Assembly (NCBI GenBank): GCA_002504905.1
Contig: DATY01000019.1
Location: 30,326 to 94,325, forward strand
DNA length: 64,000 bases
Source of the DNA: Euryarchaeota archaeon UBA605
GTDB taxonomy: Archaea > Thermoplasmatota > Poseidoniia > Poseidoniales > Thalassarchaeaceae
Direction of reading: 5' to 3'
Shown here: positions 38,790 to 49,247 of the stretch, piece after piece
Layout of the letters: each line of letters opens with the position of its first letter
How positions within the stretch are numbered: position 1 is the first letter of the stretch
The notes under the pieces: generated by a model
Told to the model about the DNA's origin: nothing
Databases searched by the model: none
Seen by the model: the letters and a program-made list of their open reading frames with translations, nothing else
Position numbers and translations under genes: made by a program

Positions 38790-41075
38790 CTAGAAGTAAG
38801 AACCGGTTCCTTCGTAATATAGTCTCAACTGAATACCATACTCTGGATCATCTCCAAACCACACTACAGAGTCCATATTTTCCAAAGTTGTCAAACTGGT
38901 AGGCCAATCAGACTCAAAGTACCCTGGATATAGATCTTTGACCATAATAGTCCCATCAGCACTACCATCAGTTCTGAAAAGTTCCCAATAGGTTTGTGGA
39001 GTCCAACCAAAGAAGTAAACAACATCACCAAGAACCTCTGGATCAGATCCCATAGTTCCATAATTCATTGAATTCGCATTAAACCAAATTTCTCCATTAA
39101 ATGTCCATGGTGCAACCTCTTTAATTATGTACGTGCCGTCAAGTGTTCCGTCAGACAATGCAGGTTCATGTCCAGTATCAAAATTACCCCAGAAATCAAA
39201 TTCTATATGTTTTTCCTGATTGTAAAGGAATTCATTTTCTGGATCTTGATCAATAAAATTTGTACAATACCATTCTCCATTCATGCTGTTATATTCACAA
39301 TAATTCCATCTATCTTCTATCTCGGAAATGTTTGTATCTGACCAATGCTCGAAAAGTGGATTCGTACAATACCATAAATCATCAAACCCACTTTCAACTA
39401 ATTCAGTATTTCCTTCCCAAACACATGAAGTATAATTTCTCCAAGCTGATGAAACAACTGTCGAGACAGACATAAATAGTTGGTCTCCAAAAATAGTCAT
39501 AGTCTGTGGATTACCAAACCATTCTTGATCTTCACCTACTCTAAATGTGGTTTCATTTGTCCCTGAACTTGTCCAAAATTCAATCGTGCTAATATTCCAA
39601 TCATCTCGGAATGAGCCGGCTGCGAAGTATAATTTATCATTATACTCGATTAAATTGGAAGGATAACTGCCGTAATTAGCCCCACCCGCGAAGTCAGTTG
39701 GTTCTCTAATATCCTTGACCAAAACAGTAGTCGATGTTAATCCAGAAGTTTTCCATAATTCTTGACCAACAATTCCATCATTAGCGGAGAAATAAATTAT
39801 CCCTCCTGCTTCAGTAATTTGTGAAGGATCACTACTTGCAGAACCAGGATTGATATCCAATATCATCGAAGTACCATGATCAGTACCATCACTCTTCCAA
39901 AGTTCTGTACCATTTACACCATTATCTGCTGAAAAATAAACTACATCTGCAATAGTCATTAAAGAACTTGGTATACTTTCTGAAGCTCCAGGATTAATAT
40001 CTGAAACCATGTAGGTACCCTGTTCAGTAGCATCAGTAAACCACAATTCAGTACCATTTATTCCATTAGTTGCTCTGAAGTAAGCACCTGTTCTAGCAAC
40101 TGTGATTAGTGAAGAATAACCATTCACTGCAGATGATAATAGACCTCTTCCATATCCTTCGTTGATGTCCTTAACCATGTAAGTTCCTTCTTCTGTTCCA
40201 TCTGAGAACCACAATTCACTTCCATTATACCCATTACTCGCTGCAAATAATATCCCATCACCAAATCTAACAGGATCTATAAGTCCACTAGAATAAATTC
40301 CTGGAAGAATATCTTTCACTAGCTTTGTTCCTTTTTTAGTTCCATCACTAGACCATAATTCTAGACCCGTAGATCCATTGTTACCAGTAAACAAAACCAT
40401 TTCATCTAATTCAATAATCCAAGTAAGCCCTGATGAACCAGCGGGTAATACTAAATCATCAGTTAATCTATCAAATACAGTATTACAAAATGAGAAACTA
40501 TTTTTTCCTTCATCAAGGTGTAAAATACCGTCATTTGCTTCCCCTTTACCTGTGCCATCGTCAACTCCAGAAATCACAGTTATACCAGAACTAATTGATG
40601 GACAATCAACATTTGGAAGAGGCCTATACAAAATGACTTGATCTGAGAGTTCTTGCAAAGATTGTTTGGTTGACTCTAAAGCATTATCAAGACTTTCAAT
40701 CGCTTCTCCTTCCAACTCAAGAAGTGCTTGTAGTGCTGCTAACTCAAGTGTTTGATCGACCATGATATTGTATAATGAAGAAGTATTATAATCACTAGAA
40801 CTTAGTTGGGAAAGTAGTGCTTGTCTTTCCAATACTAATTCATCTATCTGTAACATCATCGAATTAGACGAATTATTCAAAGCATCGAGATCGTTCCTCA
40901 AAGCTATATTTTCATTTATTAGAGACTCTAACAATAAATTCATCTCATTTTGATTTTTCTGTAATTCGTCTACATCATCATTCGTTTGACTAATACTATC
41001 ATTTGATGCGCATCCTGCTAAAGTTGTAGACACCATAAGAATAGCCATAAATATGCTAATGCCGCTCGTCTTCAT
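38790..41075 (-). CDS. Lipobox-bearing surface protein: coiled-coil region plus ELWxxDGT-type repeats (probable beta-propeller)
   Basis: MKTSGISIFMAILMVSTTLAGC lipobox-like signal. L/Q/N-rich heptad region. At least 7 copies of G-x-ELW-x-SDGT-x-x-GT-x-x-VKDI-x-PG. Confidence 0.7.
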   Translation of the reverse strand: MKTSGISIFMAILMVSTTLAGCASNDSISQTNDDVDELQKNQNEMNLLLESLINENIALRNDLDALNNSSNSMMLQIDELVLERQALLSQLSSSDYNTSSLYNIMVDQTLELAALQALLELEGEAIESLDNALESTKQSLQELSDQVILYRPLPNVDCPSISSGITVISGVDDGTGKGEANDGILHLDEGKNSFSFCNTVFDRLTDDLVLPAGSSGLTWIIELDEMVLFTGNNGSTGLELWSSDGTKKGTKLVKDILPGIYSSGLIDPVRFGDGILFAASNGYNGSELWFSDGTEEGTYMVKDINEGYGRGLLSSAVNGYSSLITVARTGAYFRATNGINGTELWFTDATEQGTYMVSDINPGASESIPSSLMTIADVVYFSADNGVNGTELWKSDGTDHGTSMILDINPGSASSDPSQITEAGGIIYFSANDGIVGQELWKTSGLTSTTVLVKDIREPTDFAGGANYGSYPSNLIEYNDKLYFAAGSFRDDWNISTIEFWTSSGTNETTFRVGEDQEWFGNPQTMTIFGDQLFMSVSTVVSSAWRNYTSCVWEGNTELVESGFDDLWYCTNPLFEHWSDTNISEIEDRWNYCEYNSMNGEWYCTNFIDQDPENEFLYNQEKHIEFDFWGNFDTGHEPALSDGTLDGTYIIKEVAPWTFNGEIWFNANSMNYGTMGSDPEVLGDVVYFFGWTPQTYWELFRTDGSADGTIMVKDLYPGYFESDWPTSLTTLENMDSVVWFGDDPEYGIQLRLYYEGTGSYF

Positions 41076-41150
41076 GATTGTCGGAGAATTATAAACTCTA
41101 AAAACTAATTTATATTTTTTACAATATTGAATAAAAAAAGAACAAAAATT

Positions 41151-41690
41151 CTAATCTTTGATGAAAATTTTCTCTCTGTAATAAGATAGTTCGTCAATAC
41201 TTCCCCTAATATCTCCCAATGCTCTATGTCCAGAATTATTTCTCCACTTGGGTAAATCAGGATACCATCTTCTAACTAATTCTTTAACACTGGTAACATC
41301 AACACTACGGTAATGGAAGAAAGAGTGTAGATTTGGCATATATCTTCTCAAAAAACGACGATCTTGCCCTATTGTATTACCGCACAGAGGAGGGACCCCG
41401 GCGAGACAATGTAACTGCAGAAATTCTAAAGTTTGCTTTTCCGCTTCATTCATAGTTATTTTAGATGAACGTACTCTTTCAATCAAACCATTTTGTGTAT
41501 GGTGAGAAACGTTCCAATCATCCATTTTTTCTAGATCTGCTTCGGAAACTGAAATTGCAAAACTGGGACCTTCAGCGACTATCGATAAATCTCCTTCTGT
41601 AACTATTGTAGCAATCTCAATGATAGTGTTCTCATCGGGATCTAATCCAGTCATTTCAAGATCTATCCATACTAGACGGTCTTCAACCAT
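41151..41690 (-). CDS. orn: Oligoribonuclease (DEDDh 3'-5' exonuclease)
   Basis: LVWIDLEMTGLDP, GNTIGQDRRFL, FHYRSVDVTSVKEL, and H-x4-D (GHRALGDIRGSI). Collinear with bacterial Orn over the full length. Confidence 0.9.
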   Translation of the reverse strand: MVEDRLVWIDLEMTGLDPDENTIIEIATIVTEGDLSIVAEGPSFAISVSEADLEKMDDWNVSHHTQNGLIERVRSSKITMNEAEKQTLEFLQLHCLAGVPPLCGNTIGQDRRFLRRYMPNLHSFFHYRSVDVTSVKELVRRWYPDLPKWRNNSGHRALGDIRGSIDELSYYREKIFIKD

Positions 41691-41767
41691 GCTACTTGCG
41701 ACAGCAATTCAGTCTTATTAGTTATGACGAAGCATCACTATGATAATACATATCTTGTGCGAAGAAT

Positions 41768-43033
41768 ATGAGTGGCATAGGTTACTTTCAACTATTGAAA
41801 GAAAATAAGCCATTCCGTCGATTATTTACCGCAGATATGATATCATATATTGGCGATTGGTTTACTGTAATTGCACTATTCATACTAGCAGGTGAAGCTA
41901 CAGATAACTCTCCACTTGCGATTGCTGGTGTTTTAGTAACTAGAAGTTTTGGAATGGCTTTATGTGATCCTTTCTCAGGAATGTTTGCAGATAGATATTC
42001 TAGAAAAGGATTGATGATGCTATCTAATTTAATCTCTCTACTTGCTCTAGTTTCTGTAGTTTCTCTAGACCTACTGAATAATTTGTTTTCTTATTATTTT
42101 TTAGCGTTTGTCATGGTTTTAGCTAAATCACTATTTGATCCAGCAGAATTTTCATATTTACCAAAAATTTGTTCAGATGATGAGTTAATCACTGCAAATG
42201 CATTAGGCTCAGGAGGTTGGTCTGTAGCATTAGGAATAGGGGCAGGAATAGGTGGATTAACCATTTCCGAGTTTGGAGTGACCACAGCTTTATGGATTGA
42301 TTGTTCTACCTTTTTATTATCAATCTTGATAATATCAACTCTACCTCCCGGTGGTCCAGAAAATCCAGTCAAAGACAAACTAACTCCAAAATCAGCTCTA
42401 AGTGAGATTATTTCCGGTTGGAAATATATTCGTAGTAAACCGGCAATAGGTAGAGTTGTATTTGCCAAAGGAATGTGGGCATCTGGCGGAGGGGCACAAG
42501 TTTTCTTACTAATTCTAATTGGAATGGAAACCAACTTTGGAGAACTCGCTGCAGGAATAGGTCTACTGTTTATGATTAGAGGTTTTGGATCAGGATTTGG
42601 TCCAATTATTGCTAAACCACTGATGCAAAACATAAGTATTCTACCTTACTTATTAGGTTTTTCAGTTGGTATTTCTGGATTTTTCTATGTCTTAGTTTCA
42701 TATCTAGAATGGACCAATATACTACTACTGTTTGTATTCTGTGCACATGCTAGTTCAGGTGTAAATTGGGTTTATTCTACTACAATGCTTCAAACTCGTT
42801 CGGATGATGAATGGAGAGGGAGAGTTGCAGGTACTGATTATTTAGTTATCACATTCACAATGGGTTGCTCAGCATTGGCTGCTGCTCTAATTCTAGAGCA
42901 CCAACTACTAGTGTTAAGAGAAGTAATCGCTCTTTCAGCGATAATTCAGATTATAATTGGTATAGGATGGATATTATTAGCATCTCCGAAAGAGAAGATT
43001 TTTTTTGAGAATAAGATTCAAACTAACCTATAA
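41768..43033 (+). CDS. MFS transporter
   Basis: About 12 TM segments; MFS loop motif GMFADRYSRKG between TM2 and TM3. Confidence 0.75.
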   Translation: MSGIGYFQLLKENKPFRRLFTADMISYIGDWFTVIALFILAGEATDNSPLAIAGVLVTRSFGMALCDPFSGMFADRYSRKGLMMLSNLISLLALVSVVSLDLLNNLFSYYFLAFVMVLAKSLFDPAEFSYLPKICSDDELITANALGSGGWSVALGIGAGIGGLTISEFGVTTALWIDCSTFLLSILIISTLPPGGPENPVKDKLTPKSALSEIISGWKYIRSKPAIGRVVFAKGMWASGGGAQVFLLILIGMETNFGELAAGIGLLFMIRGFGSGFGPIIAKPLMQNISILPYLLGFSVGISGFFYVLVSYLEWTNILLLFVFCAHASSGVNWVYSTTMLQTRSDDEWRGRVAGTDYLVITFTMGCSALAAALILEHQLLVLREVIALSAIIQIIIGIGWILLASPKEKIFFENKIQTNL

Positions 43034-43871
43034 AATTCTGAAGAAAAATAAGTACTGCTATCGGAGCTATAGAAAAAATTACGTCTCTGATTAATGATTT
43101 TGAAGATAATTGTACTTGAGTGGTGATTCGATCACGAATTTCATTATCAATTTTCTCGATCATTCCTGAAGCTGGATCTTTGACCTTAGCCAATAATTCT
43201 TCCAACATGTCTACCCCCTTGTCAAGAAAATTAGTGAAAATATCTTGAATAGGATTTCTTTCTCCAGGTTTATGTATGCCATCATCATCTTCAGAAACCT
43301 CAATTATATCTCTCCATGGTCTAGGTATAGTAAATTCGTCAACTGTCTTTAAAAATTCTCTACTAACTACTGTCCCCTCAACAAATATCTTAGCAGTAGT
43401 AAGGTTATACTTAGCTATGGTTTGGATATTTTTACGAGATCGAGTAACTTTACCAAAGTCTACGATTAGCCAAATAGTTCCTGCGAGTAAAAGTAATAAT
43501 CTTCCAGATTCTGGAGTCTCTTCCCAACTATTCCAACCTATATCACCATCAATTACTAATCTAGCAGTTAATGCGACTAATGCTGGTAAAATGAATGAGA
43601 GAATTTCATTCATTACAATTTTCCAAAATCCCTCCATTGGTAATTTTCTAAACTTAGTGAGAAACCACTTGATATGCCCTGTTCTATTTCCCGGAGGAGC
43701 ATAGGTATTTACTAGATCAATTAAAGGTGGGGCAATTAGCAATAATCTCAGTAGAAAAGGAACAATTAACAGTAACAAATAAGCCTCCCAAGGAGATTCA
43801 GGAGGAACGCTTGGTAACTGAATAGCATTCGACATGGAATTAACTGAAACGTCACCTGCCATGAATGTCAC
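43023..43871 (-). CDS. Membrane protein, unknown function
   Basis: Long ORF with 3-4 hydrophobic segments and a charged central soluble region. No recognised motif. Confidence 0.5.
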   Translation of the reverse strand: MTFMAGDVSVNSMSNAIQLPSVPPESPWEAYLLLLIVPFLLRLLLIAPPLIDLVNTYAPPGNRTGHIKWFLTKFRKLPMEGFWKIVMNEILSFILPALVALTARLVIDGDIGWNSWEETPESGRLLLLLAGTIWLIVDFGKVTRSRKNIQTIAKYNLTTAKIFVEGTVVSREFLKTVDEFTIPRPWRDIIEVSEDDDGIHKPGERNPIQDIFTNFLDKGVDMLEELLAKVKDPASGMIEKIDNEIRDRITTQVQLSSKSLIRDVIFSIAPIAVLIFLQNFIG

Positions 43872-43878
43872 CCCTACA

Positions 43879-44313
43879 CTATCTTGACATTCTCGATAAG
43901 GTGTCTGCCTGATTTGACGCTGTTCTCAAGAATAAGACCGCTAGAATTGCTGAAATTATGAATGCTGTCCCCATGTAATAATGTGTATTTGTCATTAAAA
44001 TAGCAATCCCAATCAATGAAGAATAAGAAATTACTTGACAGATAATCAATAATCTTTCTAACATCACATACTCCAATTCATTAGTTCCATCAAATTCTCG
44101 AATGTAGGAATTAATCAAGAAAAATATTGCTTGGAAAGGAAGAGCTGCAGCAAGAATTGTCAGTCCAGTAACCACCACCATATCTGGATCTGCCTGATCT
44201 AGTTCCAATCCACGAAATAAAATATTACCCATGTTCAAACCTATTATTGAAGCATGAATAGTCCATGCTTTATCATATGGGGACGTAGTTTCTCCCGTCC
44301 CGTTAGAAGCCAT
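43879..44313 (-). CDS. Small 4-TM membrane protein, unknown function
   Basis: Four hydrophobic segments. Lies 7 nt upstream of the next membrane-protein gene on the same strand. Confidence 0.5.
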   Translation of the reverse strand: MASNGTGETTSPYDKAWTIHASIIGLNMGNILFRGLELDQADPDMVVVTGLTILAAALPFQAIFFLINSYIREFDGTNELEYVMLERLLIICQVISYSSLIGIAILMTNTHYYMGTAFIISAILAVLFLRTASNQADTLSRMSR

Positions 44314-44413
44314 ATCGAGGTATGAAAATTATTCAATAGTTGAATATTACTCAAGATTAATGTTTTAATTGTTAGATTTAGTCATAGAATGATGGAAATC
44401 CAGAGGAAAAAAT

Positions 44414-44935
44414 TCATTCATATAATGATGCATGTTTAGCTCTTGTTTTGGAAATCTTTGGACTCACAACCATAGCACAGTAGGGGTTGTTAGGATTTTT
44501 AGCAAAATAATTATGATGATAATTTTCGGCTACAAAGAAATTAATCAGAGGACTGACTTCTGTAACAATTTCATCAACAAAATTTTGCTGAAGATAGCCA
44601 ATTACTTCATTCACGTCAGACTTCTCTGCTTCGTTCTTGTAAAATACAACACTTCGATAATGAGGGCCTATGTCATTGCCCTGACGATTTAATTGAGTTG
44701 GATCATGACAAGTGAAAAAAACTTCGAGTAATATTCTCCTCGGAATTACTTCTGAATCAAAAGTTACCTCCACTACCTCAGCATGTCCACTATTCTTACT
44801 ACAAACTTGCTCATATGTTGGATTATCAATATGTCCACCACTGTAACCTGGAATGACTTTTGAAACTCCTTTCAGCCCTAATATTGCTCCTTCAACACAC
44901 CAAAAGCAACCCCCTCCAAGGACTATTGTTTCCAT
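44414..44935 (-). CDS. msrA: Peptide methionine sulfoxide reductase MsrA
   Basis: GGGCFWC active-site motif. Start moved to ATG 44935 (METIVLGGGCFWC), which removes the ORF-track overlap with guaB. Confidence 0.9.
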   Translation of the reverse strand: METIVLGGGCFWCVEGAILGLKGVSKVIPGYSGGHIDNPTYEQVCSKNSGHAEVVEVTFDSEVIPRRILLEVFFTCHDPTQLNRQGNDIGPHYRSVVFYKNEAEKSDVNEVIGYLQQNFVDEIVTEVSPLINFFVAENYHHNYFAKNPNNPYCAMVVSPKISKTRAKHASLYE

Positions 44936-44939
44936 ACAT

Positions 44940-46403
44940 TCACCTTCTATAGTTTGGAGCTTCACGTGTAATCTCAACGTCATGAACGTGAGACTCTGAC
45001 AATCCAGCATTAGTAATCTTAACAAAATTACAATTAACTTTCATAGAATCAATATCTGGATTTCCTGTATAACCCATACTCGATCTGAGGCCTCCAGTTA
45101 ATTGATGTATCACATTTTCAACAGGGCCTCTAGCAGGGACTCTACCTTCGATACCTTCAGGGACATATTTGCTTGTATCTCCTTGCTCAGATTGAAAATA
45201 ACGATCATGGGCTCCTTTACTCATTGCACCTACTGAGCCCATTCCGCGATAAACTTTGTACGACCTACCCTGGTAGAGAATAACCTCCCCAGGTGCTTCA
45301 TCAGTACCTGCAAGAAGGCTACCGACCATTACACAATCTGCACCTGCAGCTATTGCTTTAGCAATATCTCCGCTAAACTTTATTCCTCCATCGGCAATTA
45401 CAGGAATATCTAGTTTTTTACATACTGAAACGACACTCTGAACTGCTGTCAACTGAGGAACTCCTACACCAGAAACAATTCTAGTAGTACAAATTGACCC
45501 GGGGCCAATACCTACTTTGACTGCATTTGCACCCGCAGAAATCAAGGCTTCTGCTGCAGCTGCAGTGGCCACATTTCCAGCTATTATCTGAGATTCTGAA
45601 CCCATTATTTCCCTGATTTTTGCAACCGTATGCAGTACACCATGGGAATGACCATGCGCAGTATCAACTACTACTGCATCTGCTCCTGCCTCAAATAATG
45701 CGACAGCTCTTTGAATTCCTTTTTCCCCGGTTCCTGTTGCAGCAGCCACTCTCAAACGCCCATGTTTATCTTTACATGATTCAGGATTATCCCGACTACG
45801 CTGTATATCTCTGACTGTCATCATTCCCTTACATTTGCCTTCAGAATCAACAACTAATAATTTTTCAATACGATGTTTATGAAGTAACTTCTTAGCATAT
45901 TCTGGATCTACATGCTCTGGAACTGTGACCAAATTCGTAGTCATCATAGAAGATACTAGTTGCTCATCGTCATCTACAAATCTAATATCACGATTTGTAA
46001 TAATACCTACGAGTTGTTCATTTTCATCGATAACCGGTAAACCAGAAAAACCATGTTTTTCAGTTAATCTTCTCATTTCTCCAATAGTTGTGTCAGGCTT
46101 AATAGTAATTGGATCAAGTACTAATCCTGACTCAAATCTCTTGACAGAATTTACTTTTGATGCCTGTTCTTCTATGGTCATATTTCTGTGAATTACTCCA
46201 ATCCCGCCCGCCTGTGCTAATGCTATAGCCATACGAGATTCTGTTACAGTATCCATAGCTGCGGACATTATTGGAATGTTAAGAGAAATAGATGAAGTAA
46301 GTCTAGTTCTCAACTTAACTTGAGCCGGAAGTACTGCTGATTCAGCAGGTAACAATAGTACATCATCAAACGTCAGAGCTTCTGGTATGCTATCCTGTGC
46401 CAT
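44940..46403 (-). CDS. guaB: IMP dehydrogenase
   Basis: [11 protein letters not shown] catalytic loop, CBS pair, [18 protein letters not shown]. Confidence 0.95.
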   Translation of the reverse strand: MAQDSIPEALTFDDVLLLPAESAVLPAQVKLRTRLTSSISLNIPIMSAAMDTVTESRMAIALAQAGGIGVIHRNMTIEEQASKVNSVKRFESGLVLDPITIKPDTTIGEMRRLTEKHGFSGLPVIDENEQLVGIITNRDIRFVDDDEQLVSSMMTTNLVTVPEHVDPEYAKKLLHKHRIEKLLVVDSEGKCKGMMTVRDIQRSRDNPESCKDKHGRLRVAAATGTGEKGIQRAVALFEAGADAVVVDTAHGHSHGVLHTVAKIREIMGSESQIIAGNVATAAAAEALISAGANAVKVGIGPGSICTTRIVSGVGVPQLTAVQSVVSVCKKLDIPVIADGGIKFSGDIAKAIAAGADCVMVGSLLAGTDEAPGEVILYQGRSYKVYRGMGSVGAMSKGAHDRYFQSEQGDTSKYVPEGIEGRVPARGPVENVIHQLTGGLRSSMGYTGNPDIDSMKVNCNFVKITNAGLSESHVHDVEITREAPNYRR

Positions 46404-46481
46404 TAGAGATGGCCTAGACCATTCGTATTTGAATGGTTGCTATTTAGGTATAGAAAATATTGTACAGAAACGTTATTAATT

Positions 46482-47072
46482 CTAATTCTGTTTTCCTTCA
46501 ATAGCAATAATTATCATAGCAGCACCTAGAATTATCCGATGATCTAACTGATTTCCTTCTGAAATATCAATAACAAGCTTTTGGATTAATGGATTTATTT
46601 TTTGAGTAAATGTGATTGGGGGATTCCCAAGAAGATTCAGAGAAAATTTCTGAGGAAAAGCATACTTTGCAAATGGTACAAATCTACGAATGAGGGAATT
46701 TAACATGCTATCTTCTTTAACCTCTGCATAAATTTGGTTTTTTTCATCAAAAACCGAATAGCTATCTTGTAAAATTGATTTGCGAAAATTACGTCTTACA
46801 CCACCTATACTTTCACCAGTCTTTGAATCAGTAAAATCATATTCTCCAGATAAATCTAAAATATTCCTAGCCTTTATTTTAATAATTTCTTCCGATTGAC
46901 TTTCATCTGTGTAAACTCTGATATCTTCTTTAATCTTCAAGGCTTTTTGATATGAATAGCCGATTAGTTCTTCTTGCCTTTCATCAGAATATATATGAAA
47001 TTTTTCACCAAGAATCTTGATTAATTGCTTCCTAATTATGTAATGATTACTTTCTAACAACCCTGTCATCAA
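46482..47072 (-). CDS. LURP-one-related / scramblase-like (Tubby-like beta-barrel, DUF567-type) protein
   Basis: Repeating beta-hairpin pattern (F.IY.D...E.IGY; Y.F.D..TGE.IGGVRR; SY.VFDE.NQ.YA) and a C-terminal hydrophobic helix RIILGAAMIIIAI. By-eye family call only. Confidence 0.5.
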   Translation of the reverse strand: MMTGLLESNHYIIRKQLIKILGEKFHIYSDERQEELIGYSYQKALKIKEDIRVYTDESQSEEIIKIKARNILDLSGEYDFTDSKTGESIGGVRRNFRKSILQDSYSVFDEKNQIYAEVKEDSMLNSLIRRFVPFAKYAFPQKFSLNLLGNPPITFTQKINPLIQKLVIDISEGNQLDHRIILGAAMIIIAIEGKQN

Positions 47073-47138
47073 ACATAACGTAAAGTAACTGAGTCATAGT
47101 CTATTCGCCTGCTAAATATCTTTTTTCGATACGTAGAA

Positions 47139-48230
47139 TTGAAATCTAACCCTCGATTGGAGAGGTCAACTGACACTGCCCCTCTGTGGGAATTGATGTC
47201 TGAGTTGATGCCTATGCAGAGTCCTGTAACTAAGATTGAGCCAAAAATAGCTGCTCGCCTAGCAAAACAAAGTTATCACTTAGTTGGAGAACACGGTGGA
47301 GTCAAGGTCTGTCATTGGACTAAACAAAGTCTAATCGCAGATAGATCTTGTTACAAAGGTACATTTTACGGTATTGAAAGTCATGGTTGCATGCAAATGG
47401 CTCCAAATGTAGACACCTGTAATTTGGCATGTACTTATTGCTGGAGAGAACCACATTCTGATGCCTTAACAAAAATAGATGATGATCCATATGAATTATT
47501 CTTACAATCTGTAAAAGCACACAGAAGATTACTAACAGGTTTTGGAGGACATCCCTCAGTTCCAAGAGAAAAATGGTTAGATGCTCAAGACCCTAAGCAT
47601 GTTGCAATATCTCTTAATGGAGAGCCTACTTTGTATTCTCGATTAGGTGAGTTTCTAGACATATGTCACCAACACGGGGTTTCTACGTTTTTAGTAACTA
47701 ATGGCTCGTTACCAAAAGTGATTGAGAAACTTGATACGCTTCCTACCCAACTGTATGTTAGTGTTGATGCACCCAATAAAGAAATTTTTGATCGTATTTG
47801 TAAACCAAAGTTTGATCAGTCTGCATTTGAAAAATTAGAACAAACATTAGAGCTTCTTCCGAGTTTAGATACAAGGACTGTTTGTAGACATACACTGATC
47901 AAAGGGGAATCACTTGGCCACTGGAAAGACTATGCAAGACTGGATAATTTAGCTGATCCAGATTTTATTGAAGCTAAAGGTTACATCTATGTAGGAAACT
48001 CTCAATCAAATCATACAATTGAGAATATGCCCTCTCATGATGAAGTAATGGATTTCTCAAGGAATCTAGCACCATTAGTAGGAAGAGAAATTCTTTCTGA
48101 TAGAAGAGAAAGTAGAGTAGCACTTATCGGTAAAGAAATGATTCCAGTTACTCTACCTAAAAAAATTAGAGACTTACCAAAAGACTTGGGTATAGCAAAA
48201 CCCCAGAAGTTTTCTCTTCCACAACTCTGA
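47139..48230 (+). CDS. taw1: tRNA 4-demethylwyosine synthase Taw1/TYW1 (radical SAM)
   Basis: CNLACTYCWR radical-SAM cluster motif. Upstream Cys residues (VKVCHW...CYK) fit the auxiliary cluster. SLNGEPTLY. Confidence 0.8.
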   Translation: MKSNPRLERSTDTAPLWELMSELMPMQSPVTKIEPKIAARLAKQSYHLVGEHGGVKVCHWTKQSLIADRSCYKGTFYGIESHGCMQMAPNVDTCNLACTYCWREPHSDALTKIDDDPYELFLQSVKAHRRLLTGFGGHPSVPREKWLDAQDPKHVAISLNGEPTLYSRLGEFLDICHQHGVSTFLVTNGSLPKVIEKLDTLPTQLYVSVDAPNKEIFDRICKPKFDQSAFEKLEQTLELLPSLDTRTVCRHTLIKGESLGHWKDYARLDNLADPDFIEAKGYIYVGNSQSNHTIENMPSHDEVMDFSRNLAPLVGREILSDRRESRVALIGKEMIPVTLPKKIRDLPKDLGIAKPQKFSLPQL

Positions 48231-48236
48231 TTTATT

Positions 48237-49247
48237 TTATCTTTCAATCATTGGCCTGCTGGAACCACATTCTGGACATAATTGATCTTCGCTTTCGGCA
48301 TAATTATAGTAGCATGCAGGGCAAGTGGGAGAGAGTACCATTGTATTATTTCCGTTGGAAAAAGATACCTTATCCTCTTCTACTCTATCCAAATGGAGGG
48401 AATCTCTACCAATTTCTGACATCTCAAATCTTCCAGGGCCTCCCAAACTAAGTAAAACGTCAGGAGGGAGAGTTACTGTTCCCGTGTCATCAACAATCAA
48501 TTCTCTAGAGTCAGATAAATCGCCAATATCAACATCAGTTCCATGTTGGGCGATAAAACGACCCTCTCTAAGTTCTAGAGAACGTTCACAAAATGATGCC
48601 ACTTCTCGATTATGAGTCACTAGAAGAAAAGCGACTTCGCTTTCTTCATGAAGTTGTTTAAAAAGTTGCAAAACTTCTCTACTTGTTATTGGGTCTAGAG
48701 CCCCAGTAGGCTCATCTGCTAAGATTAATTTTGGATCTGTAATTAACGCCCTAGCAATTGCAACTCTTTGTTGTTCGCCACCTGATAATTGGTCAGGCAT
48801 TCCAAATGAACGTTCACCCATACCAAGCTTATCAAGAAGAGATTGTGCTTTTGGTCTTGCAGTCCTAGAAAGAACTCCCTGATGAATTAATGGTTGTGCA
48901 ACATTATCGATGGCATTAAGATGAGGAAGCAGGTTGGAATCTTGGAAGATAAATGAGACAGTGTCTTGCCTTAGTTTTACTAATTCTTTACCAGTCAACC
49001 TGGTCATTCTGGTTCCTCCTAATTCAACAGAACCTGCTGATGGCTTCATCAAACCACCAAGACACTTCAATAGAGTGGATTTTCCTGACCCTGATGGGCC
49101 TACCACTGCTACTGCTTCACCTTCAAGAATAGAAACACTGAGGCCTCTGAGCGCGACCACATTTCCATCCTCAGCATTTGATTCATATACATGATAGAGA
49201 GAATTTGCTCGCAGGATTTCATTTGATTCTTCTGACACTTTACTCAC
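48237..49247 (-). CDS. ABC transporter ATPase (MacB/LolD-type) with AbrB-like and zinc-ribbon C-terminal extension
   Basis: [37 protein letters not shown]. The tail contains [18 protein letters not shown] and [20 protein letters not shown]. Confidence 0.85.
   Translation of the reverse strand: MSKVSEESNEILRANSLYHVYESNAEDGNVVALRGLSVSILEGEAVAVVGPSGSGKSTLLKCLGGLMKPSAGSVELGGTRMTRLTGKELVKLRQDTVSFIFQDSNLLPHLNAIDNVAQPLIHQGVLSRTARPKAQSLLDKLGMGERSFGMPDQLSGGEQQRVAIARALITDPKLILADEPTGALDPITSREVLQLFKQLHEESEVAFLLVTHNREVASFCERSLELREGRFIAQHGTDVDIGDLSDSRELIVDDTGTVTLPPDVLLSLGGPGRFEMSEIGRDSLHLDRVEEDKVSFSNGNNTMVLSPTCPACYYNYAESEDQLCPECGSSRPMIER

Noticed and set aside
42094-42633. 179-aa ORF antisense to the MFS transporter. 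Other long antisense ORFs of the same kind: 43276-43704, 18805-19179, 49178-49537, 846-1151, 5377-5667, 22652-22918, 48325-48615.
   Set aside because: Each lies entirely inside a longer opposite-strand ORF that carries strong family motifs. Their products are low-complexity with no motifs, as expected for shadow ORFs in AT-rich DNA.
44936-45025. 30-aa N-terminal extension of the MsrA ORF overlapping the 3' end of guaB.
   Set aside because: MsrA homology starts at METIVLGGGCFWC (ATG 44935). The extension is just the read-through frame over guaB.
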